A DNA stretch of 64,000 nt from an uncultured Chloroflexia bacterium (GCA_963737125.1 CAVTRL010000001.1:1758355-1822354); one strand, 5' to 3'. Positions 42,717-52,232 are shown, numbered from the stretch's first letter. Translations and numbers: made by a program. Notes: generated by a model not told the origin, from the sequence alone.

Positions 42717-43436
42717 CTAGCGTCCAACCAAGAACGGATAGAGTTCGGCCCTGTGCTTCCACCGCCCCACCAGCACGTAGGAGCCGGAGGATGGGAAGAA
42801 GAGATAGCCGCAATAGAACAGGAATCGCCTGGCGTTCTTGTCGCGCCTATATGCATCCGACATGGGATCCAAGCGCAGAACCGGGCCAGCGGTCTGCGGA
42901 CTGTCTCCAAACATAACCGCCTTACCCGATGCGAGGTTCCATCCACGCACCGTGATAACGTCTGTGAGCGCGGGGCCTGCCGCCGAGACAGCCTTTTGGT
43001 ACGGGGCACGCGGCCTGGTCCTCGTGTGGAGGATCCCGTCCACTGTGGACGGATTGACCCACAGCGGAGCTCGACCAAACGCGTGGTGAAAGGCCCCGGC
43101 GAGTCGCTGCATTGGAGCTCGGGGTGGGCAATTCTTCGGCACCGGCCCGTAGTGGGGGGACGGCTTGTTAGCGCTGACCATTGCGGCGCCGGCCGGCCAG
43201 AGTACGCCAGCCGCAGACGCCACGGCCAGGAGAGCCAGCATCACCATCCCGTCTGCCGCCGCCACCACCACTTGAAAGGTCCCCGGTCCGACACTCGATG
43301 AGAGGCTGGTCGGACGTTGAAGGAACGGCGTGCTGGCACCTATCCCCGCCAGAACCGCAAGGGCACCAATGACCAGGAACGACTTCACGGACAACTGCTG
43401 TATCCGCGGCGACCCTTTGGGCATCTCCCCAGACAT
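42717..43436 (-). CDS. hypothetical membrane protein (family A, copy 2) with divergent C-terminal region
   Basis: 239 aa; N-terminus paralogous to 39544..40002; C-terminal half unlike copy 1 and may be partly non-coding read-through. Confidence 0.4.
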   Translation of the reverse strand: MSGEMPKGSPRIQQLSVKSFLVIGALAVLAGIGASTPFLQRPTSLSSSVGPGTFQVVVAAADGMVMLALLAVASAAGVLWPAGAAMVSANKPSPHYGPVPKNCPPRAPMQRLAGAFHHAFGRAPLWVNPSTVDGILHTRTRPRAPYQKAVSAAGPALTDVITVRGWNLASGKAVMFGDSPQTAGPVLRLDPMSDAYRRDKNARRFLFYCGYLFFPSSGSYVLVGRWKHRAELYPFLVGR

Positions 43437-43437
43437 G

Positions 43438-43935
43438 TCAGGGCCCGTGCCCGCTCACAATGTGCTCAGTCGATCGTCGTGCCGCGCGAAGGAGCAGGGG
43501 CGAAAGAAGCAGAGCAACGGCTGCGGCCAGCAGCAAGACGAGTAGCGCAGCCTTGAGGATGCTGTCCTCGAGGGATGACCCGCCCGTACAGCTTGGGTTG
43601 TCCCAGCAGGGGTTGGCGAAGACCCTGAACAGGGCGACCGCTCCGATGCCGGGCAGAAGAACCACCCCTCCTGCAAGAGACGCGCTCCTGGCTGCAGGCA
43701 GATCCGCCCGGCGCGCCAATTTCGCTGCCCGGAGGAGCATCTGGCAGGGGACCATCCCAAGGCCGACTACCCCAACCACGATGGCTATTTGTACGCCGAT
43801 GGGGAAGCGCAATACTCTGTCGTCGTACAGAGCTGTGCCAAGGACGACGGCACACACTCCGAGGGCAGCGAGCACCGCACCGGCGACTGCTGCGAGGTAG
43901 GCCATCCATTGTGAGATCGGAGCGGAGCGGGTCAT
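43438..43935 (-). CDS. hypothetical polytopic membrane protein (family B, copy 2)
   Basis: 165 aa; ..FANPCWDNPSCTGG.. motif paralogous to 41990..42490. Confidence 0.5.
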   Translation of the reverse strand: MTRSAPISQWMAYLAAVAGAVLAALGVCAVVLGTALYDDRVLRFPIGVQIAIVVGVVGLGMVPCQMLLRAAKLARRADLPAARSASLAGGVVLLPGIGAVALFRVFANPCWDNPSCTGGSSLEDSILKAALLVLLLAAAVALLLSPLLLRAARRSTEHIVSGHGP

Positions 43936-44063
43936 CTCGGTGCCTCGATAGCTCGACTTTATACCGGCGCAGAGGGGAAGACATCCGTAAGACCACGGAA
44001 GATCTCGTCCTCAGCCGAAGAGATGGGGAGCGGCCCCGCCAGCCGGCTGCGCTCGACTCCTGG

Positions 44064-44089
44064 CGGGTCACGTGTATTGGTCACAACCC
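44064..44089. repeat. internal degenerate copy of the left terminal repeat
   Basis: gcgggtcacgtgtattggtcacaacc vs left end gtgggtcacttgtgttggtcaaagcc: 21/26 identical, same orientation as the left end, no TA flank. Confidence 0.55.
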
Positions 44090-44094
44090 TTGTC

Positions 44095-45421
44095 TCAGGC
44101 TGCCCGTCGGCGGTGGAGTGGCCGCCGGGTATAGGCACCTGAGCCACCGAGGGCATGACGTCGCTCCCGTGCTCGCTGGCGTCGGGCCTGCCGTTTCCCA
44201 CCCCACTCGAAGGGCGTCGGCTCTCGGTTCCAGGCACGGGCTGTTGCCTCCAGCCAGTCGATGATCTCCTCGGGCGTCTTGGGATGGGCGCCGTCGAGTG
44301 CGCGCCGCTTGAGGATGCGCTGAATCGACTCGCACATATTGAGGTACGAGCCGCCCAGCGGGGTGAAGAGGGGCATGATCCCGTGGTGGAAGAGCCACAG
44401 GATGAGATCGACGGTGTAGTGCCCGGTGAGGTTATCCCAGACCAGGAGCATGCGGAGCGGTGGGAGGTCCTGAGGAAGGGTGGTGCGGATCGTCAGCCCC
44501 TCTTGCCAGCGCTGCCAGCACCGTCGGTTCTCCTCCGGCGGGAGGGCGTCCGGCTTAGGCAGGGTTGCCAGGATGGCCAGCAACTCCGCTTCGAGCCAGG
44601 GATGCAGGATGGCATTAGCACCGCTTCGCACCCCTTTCACCCGCACGTGCCCAGTGGCGGGATGGAAGAGCGTCAACTGCTTGGCCGTGCCTTCCCGGAC
44701 ATACTCATGGGGATAGCGAACCGGCTCTCCAGCCGGATGCCAGTGGGAGCCGGGATAGGGGAGCGTCCCATACGGACCCGCCTCGTCTTCTGCCCAGACC
44801 GGCGGGAGGGACTGGGTATATGCCGCCTGGATCAACTTTTTTTCGCTGCGGCATCGGGATCGACGACCGTCACGGTTCCACTTTTCCGCTTCCTGACCAC
44901 GGTCCCTGTCTCGCACCAACTCTGATCCTTGGTCCAGACAAAGCCGGCATCGTGCAAGACGCACCAGATGGTGTAGGTGCTGATCCCGGGCAGGCCATCC
45001 GGCGCGCGCGTCGCAGCGTGGTGAGTGACCACGTCGCCGTGCCATCCGTGTTCCGATCCGGTGTGCGCCGCACCTCCCGCAGAATCCGCTCTTGCTCGGT
45101 CTCGGTGTAGCGCTTCGGCTGCCCACCACCATGATGCTCGACCAGCGCGTCGATCCCGTCCCGGTTGAACCGGGTCACCAGATGGGCAACGGCATCGCCA
45201 CTCTTGCGACCGGCACGGCGTGCTGCGCTCTCGAAGCTTGCGCCATCCGCGACCGCGAGGAGTTCCTTGGCTCGCACCACCTGAGCGGCGGGATCGGTGC
45301 GCGATCGACTCACTAGTTCAAGGTGGAGGCGTTCGTTGGGCGTAAGGGGACGCAAGGGATCTTTCTGGCGAGCCGGCATGGCAGACTCCGGGGAAGGCGA
45401 GGCGGCGAATACCTGCCACAA
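44095..45421 (-). CDS. IS630/Tc1-family DDE transposase, split over three reading frames
   Basis: N-terminal HTH frame (track ORF 44870..45421), middle frame (44832..45032: ..[31 protein letters not shown]), DDE_3 frame (44095..45132: ..LVWDNLTGH.., ..[16 protein letters not shown]..); the last switch is at an A7 tract (plus-strand T7 at 44837-44843). Confidence 0.7.
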
Positions 45422-45448
45422 GCCTACTGCCGTCGATTGGCAGTCATC

Positions 45449-45468
45449 AACACAAGTGACCCACTAGA
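45449..45468. repeat. right terminal inverted repeat (with flanking TA-G)
   Basis: caacacaagtgacccactag; its CTA (45464-45466) is the minus-strand TAG stop codon of tsaD. Confidence 0.8.
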
Positions 45469-46507
45469 ACTGCAGGGACGGGTTTATGTCGGACCGGTCC
45501 CAGGCATCGGGCTCATAGTGGGCGGCGGCGGCGATCATGGCAGCGTTGTCGGTTGCCAGGTCCGGCCGGGCGACGTAGACCGGCAGATTGCTCTCGGCGT
45601 GCATTCTCGCGCGTAAGGCCGCATTCGCGGCGACTCCTCCGACGACCGCGATCGACGCGACACCCAACGCGCCAGATGCCGCGATCGTCTTCTTCACCAG
45701 GACGTCGACCACGCTGTCCTGGAAGGCACCGGCTATGCCGGCAACCACTGCCTGGTCGAGAGGCTCACCGGTCTTTGCCGGTGGATCGACGCCAGGCGCG
45801 TTGCCGGCGGGCGCAACTTCGCCGTGAGCGGCTCGGACAGCGTGTAAAACCGCCGTTTTCAAGCCGCTGAAGCTGAAGTCGTAGGTGCCGGGCAGCCAGG
45901 CGCGGGGAAGAGCAGTGCCGGCCGTGGAGGCGGCGGCACGCTGAATTGCCGGGCCGCCCGGGTAGGACAGTCCCAGGAGGCGTGCAACCTTGTCGAACGC
46001 TTCGCCGGCCGCGTCGTCCAGAGTTCGGCCCACGACCTGGTACGATCCGTGGTCACGAATCAACACCAATTCGGTGTGCCCACCGGACACGATGAGGGCG
46101 AGCATCGGCAGCAGCGGGGGTGGGGGCGCCGGATCCTGGGTTGAGAGCCAGACGGAGTATACGTGCCCATGAAGGTGATTGACGCCCGCAAACGGCAGTG
46201 ACCGGGCAAACGCCAGAGCGCGAGCAAAGTTGAAGCCCACAAGAAGCGAGCCGGCGAGGCCGGGGCCACGGGTGGCTGCCACGCCTTCAATGTCTCCGAG
46301 TGAGATTCCTGCCTGGTCGAGCGCGAGCTCGGCCACGGCGACGATCGACGTGACGTGCTGCCGGCTTGCTATCTCAGGGACGACTCCGCCGTAGGGGGCA
46401 TGAATGGCGATCTGCGACGAAACAACGTTAGAAAGTATGTGCCGACCGTCGCGGACTACCGCAACGCTGGTTTCGTCGCAGGACGTTTCGACGGCGAGTA
46501 TTAGCAT
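45464..46507 (-). CDS. tsaD: tRNA N6-adenosine threonylcarbamoyltransferase
   Basis: 347 aa; MLILAVETSCDETSVAVV.. and ..HLHGHVYS.. Kae1/TsaD signatures. Confidence 0.9.
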   Translation of the reverse strand: MLILAVETSCDETSVAVVRDGRHILSNVVSSQIAIHAPYGGVVPEIASRQHVTSIVAVAELALDQAGISLGDIEGVAATRGPGLAGSLLVGFNFARALAFARSLPFAGVNHLHGHVYSVWLSTQDPAPPPPLLPMLALIVSGGHTELVLIRDHGSYQVVGRTLDDAAGEAFDKVARLLGLSYPGGPAIQRAAASTAGTALPRAWLPGTYDFSFSGLKTAVLHAVRAAHGEVAPAGNAPGVDPPAKTGEPLDQAVVAGIAGAFQDSVVDVLVKKTIAASGALGVASIAVVGGVAANAALRARMHAESNLPVYVARPDLATDNAAMIAAAAHYEPDAWDRSDINPSLQF

Positions 46508-46519
46508 GGCGCGATCGCG

Positions 46520-47197
46520 TTACAGGGCGCCGGCATCTTCGACCGCGGTTACCGCCGGCGCTTCCACCGGCAGACTCGGGTCCGCCTCGAAACGGTTGCG
46601 CAGGGCGCGGACCGACTCCTCAAACGACCGGCGGTAGCTCTCAGCGCGGATATCGGAAGTCGTCATGATATAGGCGTCCTCGTTATTGTCGCTGTAGTAG
46701 CGAGGACGCAGCCCTTCCTGGGTGAAGCCGTATTTTCGATATAAATTCTGTGCAGGCTCGTTAGTAACGCGCACTTCGAGGGTGACACGGTGAGATCCGA
46801 GGTCGTGCGCACTTTCGATCAGACTCGCGAGCAAGAGCTCGCCCAGGCCCTTTCCCCGCCACTGGGTGCGCATCGCGATCGTCGTGATATGCGCCTCGTT
46901 CAGCATCAGCCACATGCCGGCATATCCCACTATCGTACCGGCGCGGTCGGAGGAGGAGCCATCGGGCCGTGATGGCTTTCGAAAAAAACCGAAGGGAAAC
47001 TTCGGCCGTTCGTCGCGCGGATCGTCTTCATCGGCCGGGGTGCTCGTCTGGCGCAGGACGATGTAGTGGGCGTTGCGATTATGCATGATCTCGTGACGAT
47101 AGGCGCTGGCAGGCCAGGGAAGCGCATAGCTCTCCTTATCGACTTCAAGCACCTGCGCGATATCATCCAGTTCCATGGACTCGACGACGAGTCTCAC
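46520..47197 (-). CDS. rimI: ribosomal-protein-alanine N-acetyltransferase (GNAT)
   Basis: 225 aa; GNAT motif ..QWRGKGLGELLLASLIE.. and position between tsaB and tsaD. Confidence 0.75.
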   Translation of the reverse strand: MRLVVESMELDDIAQVLEVDKESYALPWPASAYRHEIMHNRNAHYIVLRQTSTPADEDDPRDERPKFPFGFFRKPSRPDGSSSDRAGTIVGYAGMWLMLNEAHITTIAMRTQWRGKGLGELLLASLIESAHDLGSHRVTLEVRVTNEPAQNLYRKYGFTQEGLRPRYYSDNNEDAYIMTTSDIRAESYRRSFEESVRALRNRFEADPSLPVEAPAVTAVEDAGAL

Positions 47198-47200
47198 GAC

Positions 47201-47890
47201 TTACTCCCCTCCCGCCAACCGTCTTTCCTCGGCGGCGGACCGGCGCACATAGAGTGGCTCCAGAGTGTGACGCTGGTCTTCGCCGCCAGCTGCAAGGCAC
47301 CGTCTACACAATTCTGCCAAATACGTCGCTCGACGCAGCCGGAAATAGTCCGGTTCGACGACCCACTCTCCGGCGGTCGCGCCACCGGCGGCCGCTATCG
47401 AGGCCGCGCCCGGGCCACACAGCACGGTTCCTGGCATAATGCCGTTGGCCGCCTGAACCGGGGTCGTCAGCTCGATGTGGCCCATCATGACGACGTTGCC
47501 CTCGCTTGACGTATAACGCGCAGCGTAAATCTGTCCCCTCCCGGCCGGTAATGACGCAATCAGTGTGCCACCCAGACACGACGCCGAGAACGCGATGACA
47601 TCGAGAGTACCGACGCCTATGAGCGGAACGTCGAGGGACAGCGCGAGGCCCTTGGCAAAACTAAGACCCACCCGGAGCCCGCTGAACGATCCCGGCCCCG
47701 TGGCAACGGCCACGGCATGTATCTCGGTTGGAGTGAGGTTTTCGGTCTCGATGAGTACGTCCAGCAAACGCGAAAGATGAGCGGAGTGATTGGAGCTCGC
47801 TGTCCAGGAAAACTCGGCTCGAGGGGCGCGTTCCTGCAGAAGTCCGAGCGATGCCTGATCGGTTGACGTGTCGATGGCCAGGATCAACAT
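47201..47890 (-). CDS. tsaB: tRNA threonylcarbamoyladenosine biosynthesis protein TsaB
   Basis: Start set at MLILAIDTSTDQASLGLL within track ORF 47201..48022; YeaZ-type inactive Kae1 paralog. Confidence 0.75.
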   Translation of the reverse strand: MLILAIDTSTDQASLGLLQERAPRAEFSWTASSNHSAHLSRLLDVLIETENLTPTEIHAVAVATGPGSFSGLRVGLSFAKGLALSLDVPLIGVGTLDVIAFSASCLGGTLIASLPAGRGQIYAARYTSSEGNVVMMGHIELTTPVQAANGIMPGTVLCGPGAASIAAAGGATAGEWVVEPDYFRLRRATYLAELCRRCLAAGGEDQRHTLEPLYVRRSAAEERRLAGGE

Positions 47891-48339
47891 TGCGCGGCGG
47901 CTACCGACGCCGAATCGTGGACCGTCATGAGCCGCCTGTCGCCCGATCCGTGCTCGAGGTTGATCCGCACCAGCCGCTCCGCCGGGAGCGAGGCGAGGTA
48001 ATGGGCGGCGCGATCGGCCCATTCAATGACCAGGACGGTGGAGTGGCCGGCGTACTCCTCGAGTCCCAGCTCTTCAACTTCCCGGGCCTCCAGGCGGTAG
48101 AGATCGCCGTGTACCAGACGGGGCCAGGAGTCGTATTCGTGAATCAGGGAGAAGGTGGGGCTCCCCCGCCAGTAAGGCACACCGAGCGCCGCGCCGATAC
48201 CGCGCGAAAGCACCGTTTTCCCGGCGCCAATTTCTCCGGTAAGCAGGACGACCTCGCCCCCGTGAAAGGAGCGTGCCAGGCACTCGGCGAAGCGATGCGT
48301 TTCGACTGCGTCGTGCAGCGTCCGTTGTAGAGATGTCAT
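47884..48339 (-). CDS. tsaE: tRNA threonylcarbamoyladenosine biosynthesis ATPase TsaE
   Basis: Walker A ..LTGEIGAGKTVLSRGI..; start at MTSLQRT within track ORF 47884..48375. Confidence 0.8.
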   Translation of the reverse strand: MTSLQRTLHDAVETHRFAECLARSFHGGEVVLLTGEIGAGKTVLSRGIGAALGVPYWRGSPTFSLIHEYDSWPRLVHGDLYRLEAREVEELGLEEYAGHSTVLVIEWADRAAHYLASLPAERLVRINLEHGSGDRRLMTVHDSASVAAAQC

Positions 48340-48393
48340 GGATACTTGCGCGCCTTTCGCCAATGCCGTGAACATGAGACCGGATGGTGCTAC

Positions 48394-50031
48394 ATGTCGA
48401 AACAGGTAACCGGGCGCCGTAGGCGCAGCGCCAGAATTCTCTGGCTGTTTTTCATACTCGTTTTCAGTTTTTTTTCGGAGTATCTGGTCGCCCGGGTAAG
48501 TGGCCGATCGTACGATTTCTTCGGTAACAGCAATTTAAATCGAAGCCGTGCACGCAAGATCCGTACTACCGCTTTACAGATGGGCGGCGTACTGATCAAA
48601 GTTGGGCAGTTTTTGAGTTCCCGCGTCGATTTGCTCCCACCCGAATATATCGAAGAGTTGTCGCTGCTGCAGGACGAAGTGCCCGGAGTTCCGTTTCCGG
48701 AGATCCGCACGGCAGCGGAAGGGGAACTGGGCGGTACCCTCGAGACATTTTACTCGAGCTTTTCGGAAGTTCCCCTGGCGGCGGCATCGCTCGGGCAGGT
48801 TCATCGGGCCACGCTGCCGACCGGCGAGAGAGTCGCGGTCAAAGTACAGAGGCCTCAGATTGAGTCGATCGTGGCGGCGGACCTGGCGAGTCTGCGGTAC
48901 ATCGTGAGCTGGCTGGAGAGGTTCACGGCGATCAAGCGCCGCGTCGACTTGACCGGCGTGCTCAAGGAGTTTGAGGAAACACTGAGCCTGGAATTGGATT
49001 ACACGGCCGAAGGCCACCATGCGGAACGAATCTCAGTCATGTTCAGGAACGACCCCGGGATCGCCGTGCCACGCGTGTACTGGTCGCACTCCACTTCCCG
49101 TTTGATCACGCTGGAGTATATGGAGGGCGTGAAGGTGACCGACTTTGCCGCGCTGGATCGGCTGCAAATCGACCGCACCATGGTCGCCGATATCTTGATG
49201 CGGGCGTATTTCAAGCAAGTGCTGGAGGTGGGATTCTTTCACGCCGATCCTCACCCGGGAAATATTGCGGTGCGTCCCGGTCCGGTGGTGGTGCTGCTTG
49301 ACTTTGGCATGGTGGGGGAGATCACGCCGACTATGCGCGATAGCATACGACGGATCTTTCTCGGCGTCATACGGCGCGACTTTGACCAGGTGCTCCTGGC
49401 CGCAGAGCGCCTGGGCTTCGTGGCGCGCGGGGCGGACCGACGCGCTCTCAAGCAGGCCCTGACCTGGATCGTGGACACCTTCTACGAGATGTCGCTGGGA
49501 GAGCTCCAGACGATCGACCCGCGTCTGGTACTGAGCGAGCTACAGGAAGTGTTGTTTTCCGAGTCGCTGCGGGTTCCTCCAAATTTCGCCTTTCTGGGGC
49601 GTGCTCTCGGCACGCTGGTGGGATTAGCGACCGCGCTTGATCCCAGTTTCCAGTTCGTCGAAGTAGCGGAGCCGTACGCGAGAAGCTTACTGCGTGAGCA
49701 GCGAGGCGTGATCCCGACTCTGCAATCGTTACGCAGGGAGGCCCGTAACCTGGGAGCGACGGCCTATTCGCTGCCCTACCTGGCGGCGACGACGTTGTCC
49801 GACGTGCAAGGCATGGAGAGCGAATTCAGCCAGAGAATCGAAGCGGTCTCCCGTGCGATGGAGCGCGTGGAGTACTCCATTCGGAGGGTCCTCTACGGCC
49901 TGCTGGTGCTGACGATTCTGTTTGCCTCCAGTACGGTACTACACCGAGATCCCGTGTTCACGACGATCGCGTTTGTGGCGGCTTTGTTGCTTCTGCTGGC
50001 GGCGGTTCTGCCGAGACGGAAACGGCGATAG
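48394..50031 (+). CDS. ABC1/UbiB-family atypical kinase with C-terminal TM anchor
   Basis: ..AAASLGQVHRATL..VAVKVQRP.. kinase-like motifs and ..FHADPHPGNI..; start at MSKQV within track ORF 48346..50031. Confidence 0.8.
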   Translation: MSKQVTGRRRRSARILWLFFILVFSFFSEYLVARVSGRSYDFFGNSNLNRSRARKIRTTALQMGGVLIKVGQFLSSRVDLLPPEYIEELSLLQDEVPGVPFPEIRTAAEGELGGTLETFYSSFSEVPLAAASLGQVHRATLPTGERVAVKVQRPQIESIVAADLASLRYIVSWLERFTAIKRRVDLTGVLKEFEETLSLELDYTAEGHHAERISVMFRNDPGIAVPRVYWSHSTSRLITLEYMEGVKVTDFAALDRLQIDRTMVADILMRAYFKQVLEVGFFHADPHPGNIAVRPGPVVVLLDFGMVGEITPTMRDSIRRIFLGVIRRDFDQVLLAAERLGFVARGADRRALKQALTWIVDTFYEMSLGELQTIDPRLVLSELQEVLFSESLRVPPNFAFLGRALGTLVGLATALDPSFQFVEVAEPYARSLLREQRGVIPTLQSLRREARNLGATAYSLPYLAATTLSDVQGMESEFSQRIEAVSRAMERVEYSIRRVLYGLLVLTILFASSTVLHRDPVFTTIAFVAALLLLLAAVLPRRKRR

Positions 50032-50429
50032 ACGTTTCGTTGCAGTTCGGTTCCCGGGTAGGATGCCGCGGCTAGAAAGGGCAGATTTTACCGTGCGGGC
50101 GGCAAACCACGAATGGCTGCCCGCTGGGCAATGTCGAGGAAGCACAAGGACCCCACGGCCGTGTCTCACCACCTGCGACGGCCGTAGGCCGCACCCGGTG
50201 TGGTGTGGCGCCTGCGGCTGGGGTGGAGGCAGGCCGTCAGCCCGGGATGATGGTGGTGGGGTGTGTCGCGCGGTCGTGGATGGCCGGTTCGAGGGGCAGG
50301 GCCACACCGCACACCGGCGGTGTGCTACGACGGAGATGACATCCGGGCATGTGGACGTGGCCGGGACGCAAAGTGCCGCGAGTCTTGTCGCTTAAACTGT
50401 GGAATCTGGGATAGTGCGGGAGGATAAGC

Positions 50430-50639
50430 TTGAGCTTGCGGGCGTTGATCGACGTGACGACCAAATTGATGACTGACGGTGAATACCGCAATCTGTTGGT
50501 GAACGATCCGAACGCGGCTCTTGCCCCGTTTAACCTGTCGGCCGACGAGAGTCAGGCGCTGCGCACGCGAGATCGCTGGCTGCTCGAGGAGTGCGGGTTA
50601 GAGGAATGGACCGCTCGATGGGTGTCGGCGCTGCGTTAA
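50430..50639 (+). CDS. small hypothetical protein (69 aa)
   Basis: Track ORF with helix-like ..EYRNLLVNDPNAALAPF..; preceded by about 400 bp of apparently non-coding sequence. Confidence 0.3.
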   Translation: MSLRALIDVTTKLMTDGEYRNLLVNDPNAALAPFNLSADESQALRTRDRWLLEECGLEEWTARWVSALR

Positions 50640-50727
50640 GCGGCTGCGCGCATGATTGACTGGGTTTTCATGCGCTGACTACAATGCTGGGCCGGTTCGC
50701 GATCAGCGGGCTTGCAGGTGGATACAA

Positions 50728-50804
<77 letters not shown>

Positions 50805-50832
50805 GATCCACCCCATGGGAGACCGCGGGGGA

Positions 50833-52149
50833 TTACCGCGTCGTCGGCTGCCGGCCAACGAGCCACACCGTGGTCGTGGGCAATTTGACGTAGCGGTACC
50901 GAGCGTCGAGATATCGCACAAACCCCGGCGGATAGCCGCTACTCGCGCCGCTGCTCATGACGACCGCCTGTGCCGCTCCCACACGTCGCTCGAGGTAGCG
51001 TGCATTCACCAGCACGCCGATATTCCAAAAGTAATGTGCCAGGGCGGGCCGATGCGCGAGATAGGCGTATTCGAAACGATCACCCAGGATCGCGCCGGAC
51101 GGCGTCGTGCGAGCATCCAGCAGGTGAACGGTGGGAGCTACATCCGATAGGTGAGCGGCGGTAATAAACAGTGGACTGACGCCTCCGGTCCGGACCACGA
51201 TGCCGGCGACAAGCGCCACGCCGAGGGCGATCGCGGCTACGAGTCGAATCGCCGGAGGTCGTAGACCGACGATCGATCGAGACGCGAGTAGAGCAGCAAA
51301 CGGAAGCGCCGGCACGAAGTAGTGGTAGTAGGTCTGGGGCGCCAAGACGAATGCTCCGGCGAGGAGAAAGCCGACTCGCAACCAGGCAGGTGCCGGCCGG
51401 AAGAGGGCGGGAATCGATAACACGTTGAGCGCCAACCAGAAGAGCAACGTCGTCTCGATCCGCTGGTCGACTGACATGGTCCACCGAGTGCTCTGAAATG
51501 TCACGGTTTGCGCGTACACGGCGTGGAGGTTGCCATAGAAGGGAGCAAGCAAGAAGCAGAACGTGACAACCGTGCTCAGCAGTACCAAGGGAGCGCGGCG
51601 GGGCGAGAGGAGAATGCAGACCGGAACGAAATAGAGTGCCGGGAACTTTACCCACACCGCGAGGGCCAGCAGAGCGCCGGCTCCAACGGTGAAGTACCAA
51701 TTCCGATCGCCACGGACCAGACAGGCAACCGCGGCCGTTCCCAGCATGGTGAGAAGCGGGTCCTGACCAACGCGCACACCGACAATCATGGCAAGGGGCG
51801 ATACGGCATACAGCAAGCCGGCTAGGAGCGCGGTACGGCGATCGAACAGCCGGATCCCGATCAAGAGCACCAGTACCGCCGTGATCGAGTCCACGATGGC
51901 CTCGGCGAGGCGTGCCAGAGGCCACCACAGGGAGCTGAGAGGCTCCAGAGCGCGAAAAAACACGAGTGCGCCGGGAGGATGGAAGAACATGAAGTCTTTG
52001 TACGGGACGGCCCCGTGCGCGAAGTCACGCGCCAGTAGTAACAACACGAATTCGTCGTAGTCATAGGTATTGGCGACGATGAGCCCGAACACCATCCTCA
52101 GGCTCAGTGCGCATACAAAGACGCCGGCGACCAGACGAACGAGTGGCAT
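50833..52149 (-). CDS. polytopic membrane protein, putative GT-C glycosyltransferase (DUF2029/GT87-like)
   Basis: 438 aa, multi-TM; N-terminal ..[18 protein letters not shown].. resembles the DUF2029-type mannosyl/arabinosyltransferase loop; assignment from memory. Confidence 0.45.
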   Translation of the reverse strand: MPLVRLVAGVFVCALSLRMVFGLIVANTYDYDEFVLLLLARDFAHGAVPYKDFMFFHPPGALVFFRALEPLSSLWWPLARLAEAIVDSITAVLVLLIGIRLFDRRTALLAGLLYAVSPLAMIVGVRVGQDPLLTMLGTAAVACLVRGDRNWYFTVGAGALLALAVWVKFPALYFVPVCILLSPRRAPLVLLSTVVTFCFLLAPFYGNLHAVYAQTVTFQSTRWTMSVDQRIETTLLFWLALNVLSIPALFRPAPAWLRVGFLLAGAFVLAPQTYYHYFVPALPFAALLASRSIVGLRPPAIRLVAAIALGVALVAGIVVRTGGVSPLFITAAHLSDVAPTVHLLDARTTPSGAILGDRFEYAYLAHRPALAHYFWNIGVLVNARYLERRVGAAQAVVMSSGASSGYPPGFVRYLDARYRYVKLPTTTVWLVGRQPTTR

Positions 52150-52232
52150 GCGGGGCGCACTCCGTTCGGTCCCCGGTTCTTCCGCCCTCGATAGGTTACG
52201 AATTGTTGCGACCGATCTCGCCCGCGAGTAGA

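Larger units (their letters stand above)
39435..45465 (-). mobile_element. IS630/Tc1-family composite element (~6.0 kb) with TA flanks, carrying transposase plus a 4.6-kb cargo operon
   Basis: Perfect 20-bp inverted repeat (39432-39451 ctagtgggtcacttgtgttg vs 45449-45468 caacacaagtgacccactag); CTA/TAG flanks match the known IS630 CTAG target with TA duplication; all internal genes co-oriented with the transposase. Confidence 0.5.
44064..45465 (-). mobile_element. IS630-family core (internal TIR-like copy to right TIR) encoding the transposase
   Basis: 1.4-kb span typical of IS630-size elements, delimited by the internal TIR-like sequence and the right TIR; contains the transposase frames. 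Confidence 0.5.

Noticed and set aside
44832-44850. A7 tract as a definite programmed -1 frameshift site for the transposase
   Set aside because: Plausible but not accepted as established: the window shows indel-type frameshifts in many unrelated genes, so a homopolymer length error is equally likely; kept as an open question in the findings.
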